Shown: positions 38,741 through 50,101 of the stretch, in pieces
Position numbering within the stretch: position 1 is the stretch's first letter
How the letters are laid out: each line of letters starts with the position of its first letter
Assembly (NCBI RefSeq): GCF_006345805.1
Contig: NC_043000.1
Span: forward strand, 157,480,001 to 157,544,000
DNA from: Octopus sinensis
Taxonomy: Eukaryota
DNA length: 64,000 bases
Direction: 5' to 3'
Position numbers and translations under genes: made by a program
Notes under the pieces: generated by a model
What the model was told of the DNA's origin: nothing
Databases searched by the model: none
What the model saw: the letters and a program-made list of their open reading frames with translations, nothing else

Positions 38741-40599
38741 CTGAAATATGAAGGTTTTGGTAAAACCTTCCACGTTATCCGAAGCTTTCGTATTTTCCGT
38801 TGTCTTTCATTTCCACGTATATGTATATATGCATGTATATATATATGTCTGTGTGTGTGTGTGTGTGTGTGTGTGCACACATGTATATATGTATGCATGT
38901 ATGTATGTATTTATCTGCATATATACATACTTGTATGTATATATAGATGCAGACAAGCATTGAGCGTTGTGTCTGTGTGTGTGTTTGTGAACTGAAAAGA
39001 ATTAAGAAAAAGAACATTTGCTAAATACATCTGTTTAGGTATGTATGCCGAATTAAAATTAATTAAGACAAAGTTCCTATTAAAGAATAAATAATTGAAG
39101 TTTTACAAACTAATGTAAATATAATTTGTTCTAGATTTTTCCGTAGACATAGGAACATTTTAACGGTAGATGAAATCTGAAGCGTAAAAACTGCTCTATC
39201 GCTTATTTATCAATTTATCTTTGCTGATGAAATTCAATTGTTTAATTGCTAAAATGAATTAGTAACCACAAAAATAGCACTTATCAGCAATAGTCTGAAA
39301 ACAAGGAAAAACTGAAAGAATCTCTATATGAACTAAAATAAGATTTCACAAAAATAAAGCATCAGGAATTGATAAATTTGATATTATGTTACTTAATTAC
39401 AATGTGTTAAAATCTTAGATGTGAATCTAAATAAAAAGCACGTAACTGAAGTTTGTACAAATTGGATTAGTATAAACATAACGTGCTTTAGATTATTTCG
39501 TAAATAATCTAGTCATTAATTTTAACTGTAGATTAATTTTGGAAACCTTAGGATAGAATAGAATCTCGTAGTTACAAACTTCGTAAGTATACGCTATGTA
39601 TTGAATAAAAAAATAAAGGTTCAAAGGACCAAAGATATTATATTGTTATACCATTTCGATAATGGATATGTGTTTGATCAAGGTACCTTTTGAAATAACA
39701 GTATTTGTATATGTAATGCAGAAAATATCTCGAGATAAGTATACAGTAAATTATAAATTATTATAGGGTTTAAGATTTCTGTTGGGTACGTGAACTGGTA
39801 ACAGGCTAAATTTTTTGGTGTGATATAAAACAGAATAATGAAAAAAACAAACACGCAAAAAACAAACAAACAAAAAGCGATTTAATGATAGATTGAAAGA
39901 ATTGTCAGTCAAAGTGTAAAACGTAAAAATGAAATAAGCCTTGGAACCTCAGTAGAGACGGCTTGAATTTCAGAAAGTTTCAGGATATGAGAATATATAC
40001 GAGATTAGTTAAATCATTTGATATTGATTTGAAACGTTTTGATTTGCGAAAGTATGCATATCTGCAAGTGGAGACTATTTTTCAAAGGAAATTAATTGGT
40101 GACCAGAAATTCGTAGCATTTAAAGATGCAAACCTAACAATGTCTCTTAATAGGCTTTTCAAATCATACGATTCAGTAGAAAGAGACGTTTTTATTGACG
40201 TGACGTTCGAAATGCACATCCATGGAGACGTATCTACTATTTTGCTTTGGTTTCTAACATGCTTAAATGCTGATAAAATTTGACGCAAAAGGAATTTATC
40301 ATTAATCTACAGTAAAAATTTCAAAGGACCAAAGATATTATACTTTTATACTATTTCAATAATGGATATGTGTTTGATCTAGGTACCTTTTGAAATAATA
40401 GTATTTGTATATGTATTGCAGAAAATATCTCGAGATAAGTATACAGTAAATTATAAATTGTTATAGAGTATAATAATTTTTATTAACTGTAGTACGTTGA
40501 ACTTATCTATTTGCGATAGATTTTTCTTCACATGAAATATAACTGGTCTTATAGTATGTCTGGTTAGAAGAAAATGTTTAAGTAGTTTTAAACCTCTCT

Positions 40600-41750
40600 A
40601 GCTACTGTCATTGACTGGCACTTACTAGTTGGCTGTACGGTGATAAACAATACATATCTTATTTTTTGAGAGCTGACTCGTCAAGTAATTCAAGAAATTT
40701 TAGAAAGGCTTCACCTGTAATTAAGGATCCTGGATCCTTGGAAACATTTGGCTATTCTTGTAGAATCTACTAGTTGTTGGGAATTATTGTGACCTAATAA
40801 TAATGGGACATCCTCTCCACATAAATCTCTAGAAATGCTTGGGTATCGGGTATTTAGAATATCAATTTACCAATTTTTTCTGTCATCTGAATTCTTCGAA
40901 CCCATACGTCATTTATGGTTCTTCATCTAAATGTATTTGTCATAGAAGTCTATCAACTTTTAACTCGTAAAATTATATCAATGTCTGTATTCTTGAGATG
41001 AGTTATTAAGAGGGTTACGCGTGATTAAAAAAAAGTTCGTGATTGTTGGATAATTGTTAATTAATTGAAAGAAAGAGGAAGAAATGGAAATGTTCTCTCC
41101 CAGTTTTAGGTTAAATCATTGCATTATTGAATATTTATTTTTCATCAAGGTTGGGGTGGGATGCATTGATTTTGGAAATCATAGAGAGTAATATATTTCG
41201 TAATATATTTTTTGCTAATGATTCTTGTATCTATTTGTGAAGGATTAATCATTCTTGTAGAATGGCGACTTATGGTCTCAAAATTGGAAATGTGCGTTAT
41301 TTTACAAGTACCTCGGCCTCGCGTACAATATTTTATTCGTTGGAAACGCTTTTATATTGATATCATTTTATATTAATATCGTTTAACATTTTATAATTTG
41401 CTTTTTATATATATTTGTAGTTGAATTAAAGAGAAGACGGATGGGTGGGGGCTGCTTGTCGATTTTTGTTTAATTTTCGTTGACAAAAATTATTGCTAAT
41501 AACTTCTTGATCTTATTTTAAAAGAGTTCTTGTTTCTGGTGAATTAATGTTTTTAATCAAAAGGAATAAGTCGTTCTCAAACGCTTATATTAACTTGTTT
41601 GAATGTGGATATTTAACAAAAATTAATTTTCTGTTTGATCTTCATGTTAGGTTTCTTCGAGAAAATAATATTTCTATTTGATCCTCTTAATAAAACTGTT
41701 TATGAAAGCATTTTAGATGCACTTTCTCTAAATATGTAGGTATATTTTTC
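40600..41750 (-). mobile_element. highly decayed Penelope-like RT region
   Basis: KIDKQPPPIRLLFNST resembles the PLE NxPxxRLINP motif. Composition is like that of 20700-22400. Confidence 0.35.
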
Positions 41751-42462
41751 ACACAGAAGTGATGTTGTTGTCGCTGTAGTAGCTTTTAAACAACCGTTTA
41801 TGTTTATAAAGGGTTCACTCAAAATGAATTCATTTATTAATATAAATTTTTAGTCACTAATATAAGAAACGTAAGCTTTTATCTGACTAAACAACTCAAT
41901 ATGTTAGGTAGGATGAGATACACATTTCTATAAAAACTACCAGTGACTTCGAAGTCTTGCCTGTTGAACATCTTAATGCATTAATGAATAACTGATTTTT
42001 AATCACTTCAAAAATTAGTCAAATATATTATGAGCGGTCAGGGTTCTGGGGAAATAAAATTAAACTTAATAGAAAATGTTTTTCTTAAATAAATGAGCTA
42101 CAGAAGATGATAACGAGTGTGATTGATTTCCCCCTCCGAAATAAATGTCTCATGCAAATATTTAACAAACATAGACTTTAAGTGTTTCCAAATTAAGTCT
42201 GTCGTAAAAACTTTTATTGGTGGAAGGGATATTATCGCGAAATAATTTAAAACAATGTGTATCTATATGTGTATAATTGCTTCTATATAGTTCTTAGATT
42301 TTTTCAACACAGTTGTTTGTTGAAGCGATTCTAGAACCCAATGTTCATGATGCATTACTCATAATACACAAAATGGTTGAAGAGCGTAATCTCTATGCAC
42401 AATATATATATATATATATATATATATGTATTTATATATATATGTATCTATATATATATATG

Positions 42463-42502
<40 letters not shown>

Positions 42503-43866
42503 CATACATACATACATATATATATATATATACACACACATATATATACATATATATTGTAATATATATATATATATATATATATCCATATATACATGTA
42601 TACGTATATATATATATATATTTTCAAGGGAACATAAATATAACGATCGATTTTTATATATTTCTATAAACAACATAATATATCCACATAAATGTTGAAT
42701 ACTTTACTATACACATACGTTAATGTGCACACGCATACACACAGAAACAAAACAATTTAGCACCATGACACATAAAAACGCACCCTCAAGCGCATGCACA
42801 CATATATCTGAATATGACTATATTTCTATAATTTCATTTATACAGAAGACTAATATACGTTATGTTTATACACTGGAGCAATGAATTATGGCTATTTCAT
42901 TTAACTTTCCTTATTAAGTGTTTTCTTTATATAGCAAAGTGAAACGGAATGGAAAAATAATATATAAGGCAGAAATAATTTAGAAAATATAATAATTTAA
43001 AACGTTAAATATTTTACGGAAATAGTAGAAATTCTCTGCAAAGCAGTAAATTAAGAAAAAAAAAATATTTCTAATATTTTGCTGTCAAAAGCTGTATTAA
43101 CTATTCCCACTCCCGTCGGAGATTTATTGCTTTCTTAATATGTCGTTGTAATACTTCTGACATTTTCACGCTGTGTGTCTGGGTACCTATGCTAAAAAAA
43201 TTAACAAAGAACAAAACGATAAACAAGGAAAAAAATAAATAAAATATTACAAACAAAAATAATTTTAAGCGACAGAAAATTGTGCTTTCGATTTTTAATT
43301 TATAGTAAAATACACATATAAGTACTTAAAAAGAATTGAATTGATTTATATATATATATATGAAATGATTGAGAAATATAATGAAGTAAAAGTAAGACAC
43401 AGAAGCTAAAATACAATAACAAATAACTGCTCTATCCACCAACCCTTGGTTAATATATTCTTGGCGTTAAAATTGTAAGAACTGAATAATTTACTTAGGC
43501 TAGAGTCGTTTATCTCTTTCACTCTCCATTTCTTATGTTCAACTTCATATTCAATGCAATGTCTGTCATCATCAGGGCGCTTTCACCACTAACACCACAT
43601 ATTTGGGCATAACACCAGTTAGCAGCAAAACTATCAGCATGAGCAATAACTCTTTCAGCAATGTTTATATTGTAAATATTCTCTAACAGTGTAGATAGAT
43701 TTACACTGATATTTTGATCTATATGTACACACAAGTACAAGCAGCATACAACGACTAGCAAACAGATATAAATATCTATGCAGACATACATATGTAAGGA
43801 TGTACCCACCTACATTCATTCACACACACATACATACATACATACATACATACATACATACATACA

Positions 43867-43897
<31 letters not shown>

Positions 43898-43949
43898 TTG
43901 CATATATGCATAGATATGTACAAAAACATACACTGATTTGTGCATGCAT

Positions 43950-44330
43950 AAAGATGTGACTGTATGGAAAGAACCTTGCTTCCCAACCACATGGTTACGG
44001 TTTCAGTCCCACTGCGTGGCATCTTCGGCAAGTGTTTTCTACTATAGATTTTGGACCGACCAAAACCTTGTGAGTGGGTTTCGTAGGAAACTGAAAGAAG
44101 CCCGTCGTATATATATATATGTGTGCGTGTGAATCAGTGTTTGTCCTCTATCACCACTTGACAACCGCTGTCGGTCTGTTTACATCCCCATGACTAAGTG
44201 GTTCGGCAAAGAGACCGATAGAATAAGTACCAGGCTATAAATATGTACTAGGGGCGATTCGTTCGACTAAAAATTCGAGGCGGTACTCCAGCATGACTGC
44301 AGTCTAATGACTGAAACAGGTAAAAGATAA
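43950..44330 (+). mobile_element. SINE family A, diverged near-full copy
   Basis: cttcccaaccacatggttacggtttcagtcccactgcgtggc...gaggcggtactccagcatgactgcagtctaatgactgaaacaggtaaaagataa. Confidence 0.88.
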
Positions 44331-44362
<32 letters not shown>

Positions 44363-44419
44363 CATATATATCATACAGGTATTATATTCATATACACCAA
44401 AGAGTGTAAAATAAACTAC

Positions 44420-44897
44420 GTAACTCGAAGCTTCACAATGCGACATATCAAGTAATGGGAGAGACTGAAAGAGTTAAGACTCTTCCCCATGGAACGATGT
44501 CGGGAACTATATGCAGTAATATAGATCTAGAAAATCTCAGATTAACATTGGCCTCTGTCAGTTACATAAATAGAAAGACTGAGCGCCACTGGGCAGTACC
44601 AAAAGTCCGACTGTTACCATCAAGATACAGAACCAGAAACTACAACAGCTTGAGATTCAAAGACCCACGGTTCTTCAATATCCTCCCGCAAAGCCTGAGA
44701 GACCTGCATGACGTGGATGTAGGCATTTTCAAAACAAAACGGGGTCTCCTCAAGGCAAGAAACGCAGATGAGGGTAGCAACGTCAAACACCCTCATCCAT
44801 CAAATGTCATATACCAGAGGAGGTTTACTGAAAGTGTAGCAAAGATAACGGCGGTGCTCAAGCATGGGCGCAGTTCTTGGACTGAAACTAAAAATAA
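44420..44897 (+). mobile_element. 5'-truncated CR1/L2-type LINE 3' end that shares its tail with SINE family A
   Basis: RHWAVPKVRLLPSRYRTRNYNSLRFKDPRFFNILPQSLRDLHDVDVGIFKTK is an RT C-terminus. Ends ggcggtgctcaagcatgggcgcagttcttggactgaaactaaaaataaa. Confidence 0.85.
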
Positions 44898-44991
44898 ATT
44901 AATATATGTGTATTTGGGCGGCAGCGCGCGTGGTGTGCGCGTGCGTATATATATATAAAATTTCAGACAAGACACACACACACACACACAC

Positions 44992-45053
<62 letters not shown>

Positions 45054-45081
45054 TACACATATACATATGTACATACATACA

Positions 45082-45145
<64 letters not shown>

Positions 45146-45160
45146 CATACATACATACAT

Positions 45161-45193
<33 letters not shown>

Positions 45194-45565
45194 TATATAT
45201 ATTATTGTTTTATTTTTCATAAGCCGAGTTTTGATTTACTGTTTTTCATAATTTATAATACATACATGCACGCCCGCACAGATATACACGCACACAAATG
45301 CCCAACAAATACACACACAGACACATAAGCTATGTAGGGAAAGAAGCTTGAAGAAATATAAATGAAAAACCATACATACATTAATTGAATAAATGCGTAT
45401 GAAACACTTAAGTATAAATAAAACCCATTAGTGCCCTTCACTGTGTTTGTCATCATGTTGGATGGATTGTAAGATATATGATGTACGACTCTATATATTT
45501 CATGTGTTAAATATAAATAATAAGCAAGTATACACATATTTTATGAATTTGCTTATATATATATA

Positions 45566-45754
45566 GGTGCAGGAGTGGCTGTGTGGTAAGTAGTTTGCCT
45601 ACCAACCACATGGTTCCGGGTTCAGTCTCACTGCGTGGAACCTTGGGTAAGTGTCTTCTACTTTAGCCTCGGGCCGACCAAAGCCTTGTGAGTGGATTTG
45701 GTAGACGGAAACTGAAAGAAGCCCGTCGTATATATGTATATATGTATATATGTA

Positions 45755-45803
<49 letters not shown>

Positions 45804-46022
45804 TTGTGTGTCTGTGTTCGTCCCCTAGCATTGCTTGACAACAGATGCTGGTGTGTTTACGTCCCTGTAAATTAGCGGTTCGGCAAAAGAGACCGATAGA
45901 ATAAGTACTGGGCTTACAAAGAATAAGTCCAGGGGTCGATTTGCTCGACTAAAGGCGGTGCTCCAGCATGGCCGCAGTCAAATGACTGAAACAAGTAAAA
46001 GAGTAAAAGAGTAAAGAGTAAG
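45566..46022 (+). mobile_element. SINE family A, full length
   Basis: Head, internal (TA)/(TG) tract, tail and (GAGTAAAA)n terminus are all present. Confidence 0.93.
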
Positions 46023-46196
46023 TCAAGTAGGACCCAGCCCTAGACGAATATTTCTTAGAAAGTGAACTCTGCTTAAGGTATCAATGATGGCTTGTTGCTT
46101 AGCAATAAGGACAGACTTGATTCCGAAGACTAAGTATCAAAGAAGTTCTAACCATCGGCATCGTGTCGATTTCTATATATTTCTTTTTTCTCGTCT

Positions 46197-46618
46197 GTTT
46201 CAGTCGTTAGACTGCGGTCATGTTGGGGCACCGCCTTGAAGAATTTATAGTCAAATGTATTGATCCCAGTACTTCTTTGTTTTAAGCCTGGTACTTATTA
46301 TATCGTCACTTTTGCCAAAGTGCTATGTTATGGGGACGTAAACACATCAACACTAGTGGTCAAGCGGTGGAGTGGGACAAACACAGACACACATACTTAG
46401 ATATACACATGGACATACACACACACACATACACACACATGCACACACACACACACATATATATACGATGGGCTTCATTCAGTTTCCGTCTACCAAATAC
46501 ATCCACAATGCTTTGGTCGGCTCGAGACTATAGTAGAAGACAGTTGCCCAAGGTGCCACGCAGTGGGACTGAACCTGGAACTATGTGGTTGGAAAGCAAG
46601 TTCCTTACCACATAGCCA
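46197..46618 (-). mobile_element. SINE family A, diverged near-full copy
   Basis: Reverse complement of family A, tail-to-tail with 45566-46022. Confidence 0.88.
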
Positions 46619-47162
46619 ATGTGTATATAGTTTTGGGGACAATATGGAGTGGTTTTGGGGAGTTTCAGTTGTTATATCTGGCAGATTGAATAACTGAATA
46701 GAGGATGATTGGCTGGAGAGGGATGGTGATGTTAAATGAAGCACTGTGTTGGATTCAGATGTGGAGAGTGTTAAGTGAATCCACACGTAGGTTTTAATTC
46801 AGGAGGTTTTCACTCAAATCTGTTTCTGAATTTAATTGTAGGTTTTCACAATGCGAAGAAATAATATTAGAAAATTATATCCCCCACATCCGAATATGGG
46901 CTGGGTTTTCACCATTAAAAGCGACAAAAGCCAGGGGGAACATAAGTCATCTGCATGAGATAAGCTTAAAAACTGGAGAAGTTTTACAGTTTTTTCACAC
47001 ACACACACACGCGCGCGCGCACACGCACACACACACACAAACACACATACACACACACCACGCATATATATATATAATGCATATACGCAAACATATAGCA
47101 GCCACTACTAACTTCAGGCCACGACAGAGAGGATGCTCTTGAAGCCGAGAATTTGAACTTAC

Positions 47163-47326
47163 GTCTGAAAAAACACAAGTAGATCTCATAATGTAGGGAG
47201 ACTGCGGCATAACCAAATACTTGGACGCCTGGAAAATTACGTGGAAACAATTGAGGTGATTGAAAATATATTTTCTTTCTTGTTGACTCCAACTTTTTTC
47301 AATTATCTGGATAGCGAAGGTAAAAT
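47163..47326 (-). CDS. internal exon of the minus-strand host gene; alternative acceptor at 47228
   Basis: Consensus donor GAC|gtaagt. Acceptor ctcgccccccttcag gives 164 nt (FTFAIQIIEKSW...STCVFSD, phase 1-0). Acceptor gtttccacgtaattttccag gives 66 nt. Confidence 0.55.
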
Positions 47327-47403
47327 CTGAAGGGGGGCGAGTTTTATACTGTATTCTACTATGTTCATAACAGATCAACTGTATATATATATGTGTGACA
47401 ACT

Positions 47404-47442
<39 letters not shown>

Positions 47443-47451
47443 TTATTTAAT

Positions 47452-47525
47452 GGCGGTGCCCCAGCATGGCCACAGCTCATTAGCTGAAACTAGAAAAATC
47501 AAAATCAAAAATCAAAATCAAAATA
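47452..47525 (+). mobile_element. isolated LINE/SINE-A 3' tail with (AAAATC)n terminus
   Basis: ggcggtgccccagcatggccacagctcattagctgaaactagaaaaatcaaaatcaaaaatc. Confidence 0.75.
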
Positions 47526-47625
47526 TATATATATATATATGTAGGTCCCAGGTTGAGTCGGGGTTAACCACAGTAAATAAGGTACTCAATACATTGCAGA
47601 GTAAAGTAATTTATTTTATAGAAGG

Positions 47626-47676
47626 AGCTTCTACAGGACTAGAACTGTTTCATTCAGATGAAATCTTCAGAAAGCT
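47626..47676 (-). ncRNA. type I hammerhead ribozyme, intact core
   Basis: agcuuu-CUGAAGA-uuuc(aucu)gaau-GAAA-cag(uucuaguc)cug-UA|gaagcu. Helix I is 6 bp, helix II is U.U plus 3 bp, helix III is 4 bp, and the cleavage triplet is GUA. Confidence 0.8.
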
Positions 47677-47723
47677 TCCTGAAGATTTCATCTGAATGAA
47701 GCAGTTCTAGTCCTGTAGAAGCT
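47673..47723 (+). ncRNA. type I hammerhead ribozyme, mirror copy with GAAA changed to GAAG (A15.1G)
   Basis: agcuuc-CUGAAGA-uuucaucugaau-GAAG-cag-uucuaguc-cug-UA|gaagcu. The core substitution is at 47701. Confidence 0.65.
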
Positions 47724-47744
47724 CCTTCTATAAAATAAATATAT

Positions 47745-47778
<34 letters not shown>

Positions 47779-47919
47779 ATATATATATATATATATTGTA
47801 TAGAGGGCATTATTACACATAAATGCCTCACACTAAGAGGGACAAAGTCATTACTACCAAAATTATACTAATCATACCCAATGCAGTTTTTCAAAGCAAG
47901 ACATTTAAAAAATGAATTT

Positions 47920-47977
47920 AGTTCTGTATCACCGTGATTTCACATTCAACTTACGTCTTATGATCATCAGCAGAACT
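47920..47977 (-). ncRNA. type I hammerhead ribozyme, left-arm copy
   Basis: Exact reverse complement of 50102-50159. Here helix I can extend (gaau/auuc) past an internal loop. Confidence 0.85.
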
Positions 47978-48342
47978 GATTCTGAACACATCATAAATAA
48001 ACTACCAACCTTACGTAGCGAAGACGAACAGACAACTGCTCACTCCGGCCAAGCACATGGAATGTTTATAAATCATATATCCGGTAAATGGCGGGCTTTT
48101 TACGAACTGCATGTGAGAAAAAAATTATTTTCGAATTCTTTTCTTTTATGAGGTTTTCACGCTAACTACCCGATAATTTCTTGTTAAGATCCCTTATTAA
48201 GAGGTTATCCTTAATTGTTAAACTTATTCCGAAATACTTTTTATTACCCGACATGCAGTTCGTAAAAAGCCCGCCATTTACCGGATATATGATTTATAAA
48301 CATTCCATGTGCTTGGCCGGAGTGAGCAGTTGTCTGTTCGTC

Positions 48343-50037
48343 AGTTTGAGTTCGGTCGTGTTTTTTACGCTCGTAAAATTCGGTAAAAAAAGATCAAAAA
48401 GAATTGTTGTTGTTTTGGAAATTTTGAACGGCGTTAAAGCGGTTTCGCGTTCCGCTGGTTCTGCGCGTTACACTTTTTCTGTCTTGACGGCCGTTTTCGG
48501 CCTGTCAAACAGGAGGAAATGGATGACCACTACCTAGTGGAGGAGTCGGAGGAGGAATGGATATTTGAGAGCTTGTCGGAGACGTCGAACTCTGAAGACG
48601 AGCAAATCGGTGATGTAAATAATGTGGAGATAAAAAACAGGAAAACGTACGCAGGAGTTGCAAAAAAGAAGACGGAACAGGAAAAAGAAATAAACCTAGA
48701 AAAATTGCCAGGTTTCCAGAGGTATATGAGGAAGGACAGCGGCGAGGTGGAACTGGAACCACCACCAAAGAGAAAGGAATGGTACAATAAAAGGACCATA
48801 ATTTACAGGGTGTTCGCGAACGAAAGAAAGAAAATAGAAATTATAAACATGGAATGGATAGAGGAGGCCCTGAGAAGATCGGAGGAGGAATCATTTTTCT
48901 GACTCGAGGATCGAAGTACGGTACGGTAGTGGTACATTTTAAAAGCGAGACTGCAGCGAGGAAGATGGCGGTGAAGACAGTGAAGTCAGAAAAGGTAACA
49001 CTTTTACCAATGTACTTGAATAGAAGGATTACACGAGTAAGGGTGGAGGGAGTGCCACCAAACGTTGAGGCTGAGTGGATTGTGGCGGCTGTGATCAGCG
49101 GCCACGAGGAGAAAGTGGATATTCTCCATGCCTCGGTCAAGACCGAGGGCTGGAGAGGCGTAACAGTGGAGCTGAACGTGCAGGCGGAGAACGAGGTGCT
49201 GGTGGACCTGGCGGAAAGCATTAAATTGGGAGACGTGATTATGAGAGTGTGGGTGGAGGGCAGAGCTCCACGTTGTTACAAGTGTGGCCTGAGGGGCCAC
49301 ATAAGAGCCTTCTGCCCTCCCCCACCAAGAGAAAAGGAAATCGTTGAGGAAGCTCCAAAAGAGGAGGCCCCAAAAGAGGAAGAAATTAAAGAGAAGCAGA
49401 CAGAAAGGGAAACGACAAAGGAGGAGGAGATGCAAAAAGAGCGTGAGGAGGGCAGAAAGAAGAGAAAAGGAAAGAAAAGGAAAAACTGTGCGAAGCCCCA
49501 ACCCACCCCAACACCACCCACACCCTTGGAGACCCATCCTGCCCCTGCAAACAGCAATCCCACCCACTCCCCGCCTACAAGAAAAACGAAAACAGACACA
49601 CAGAACATACAAAGGCCCTAGTCCTACTTTTTATGTGTTGTGAGGAAGGGGGATACGGAGAACGCAAGAAGGCTTTTTGAAGACAATGTATGGCAGGAGT
49701 ATGAGGACGGAAGCTATGCGGTGTTCGATTTTGAACTTATGGGCTCTTTGATGAGCAAGTGTAATGAACTACGTATAAATTGTTTTTCAGCATATATGAA
49801 GGATGATATGATAGAGAGGTATGAAAGAGAAATGAAAGGTGAGGTGAAAGACTTTGGAATCGTGATAGGAAACGGAAAGGTAAGTGATGCTGGCGGAGGG
49901 GGCCGTTAGCATCGCTTTCATGTTATCATTTTTTCATTTTAACATTCATTTATTCATAATTTTAACCGCATTGTTTTATGTCTCCCATGTTTTGTAATGT
50001 TCCCTCTTCGTGGCCCCTAGTGGGTAATAAAGAAATA
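48343..50037 (+). mobile_element. 1,695-bp ORF1-only non-LTR retroelement (half-LINE, L1/Tx1-like) with 19-bp TSD
   Basis: GAGCAGTTGTCTGTTCGTC at 48324-48342 and 50038-50056. The empty site is preserved in the opposite arm (48023-48041). AATAAA at 50026-50031 is followed by GAAATA. No RT or endonuclease frame. Confidence 0.9.
48519..49909 (+). pseudogene. L1/Tx1-type ORF1 (gag-like) protein, about 460 aa, with one frameshift (about 48885-48902) and one in-frame TAG (49619-49621)
   Basis: Acidic/basic N-terminus; RRM-like TRGSKYGTVVVHFKSETAARKMA and VRVEGVPPNVEAEWI; zinc knuckle CYKCGLRGHIRAFC (CX2CX4HX4C); E/K/P-rich linker. ORF 49640-49909 is in the same frame as 48854-49621. Confidence 0.85.
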
Positions 50038-50101
50038 GAGCAGTTGTCTGTTCGTCTTCGCTACGTAAGGTTGGTAGTTTATTTATGATGTGTTCAGAAT
50101 C

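Larger units (their letters stand above)
47609..47740. mobile_element. fold-back element 1: 62-bp inverted arms, 8-nt loop, hammerhead-bearing
   Basis: 47609-47670 is the reverse complement of 47679-47740 with one mismatch. It is preceded by about 65 nt of unpaired sequence (from about 47543) that may belong to the element. Confidence 0.95.

Noticed and set aside
48511-48521. AGGAGG just before the ORF1 ATG (Shine-Dalgarno-like)
   Set aside because: The spacing is only 2 nt and the context is a purine-rich eukaryotic retroelement, so it is not evidence of bacterial origin.
48324-50056. Interpretation as an LTR retrotransposon or a CRISPR-like repeat
   Set aside because: The 19-bp direct repeat occurs only twice and matches the empty target site. 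There are no LTRs, PBS or spacer array.
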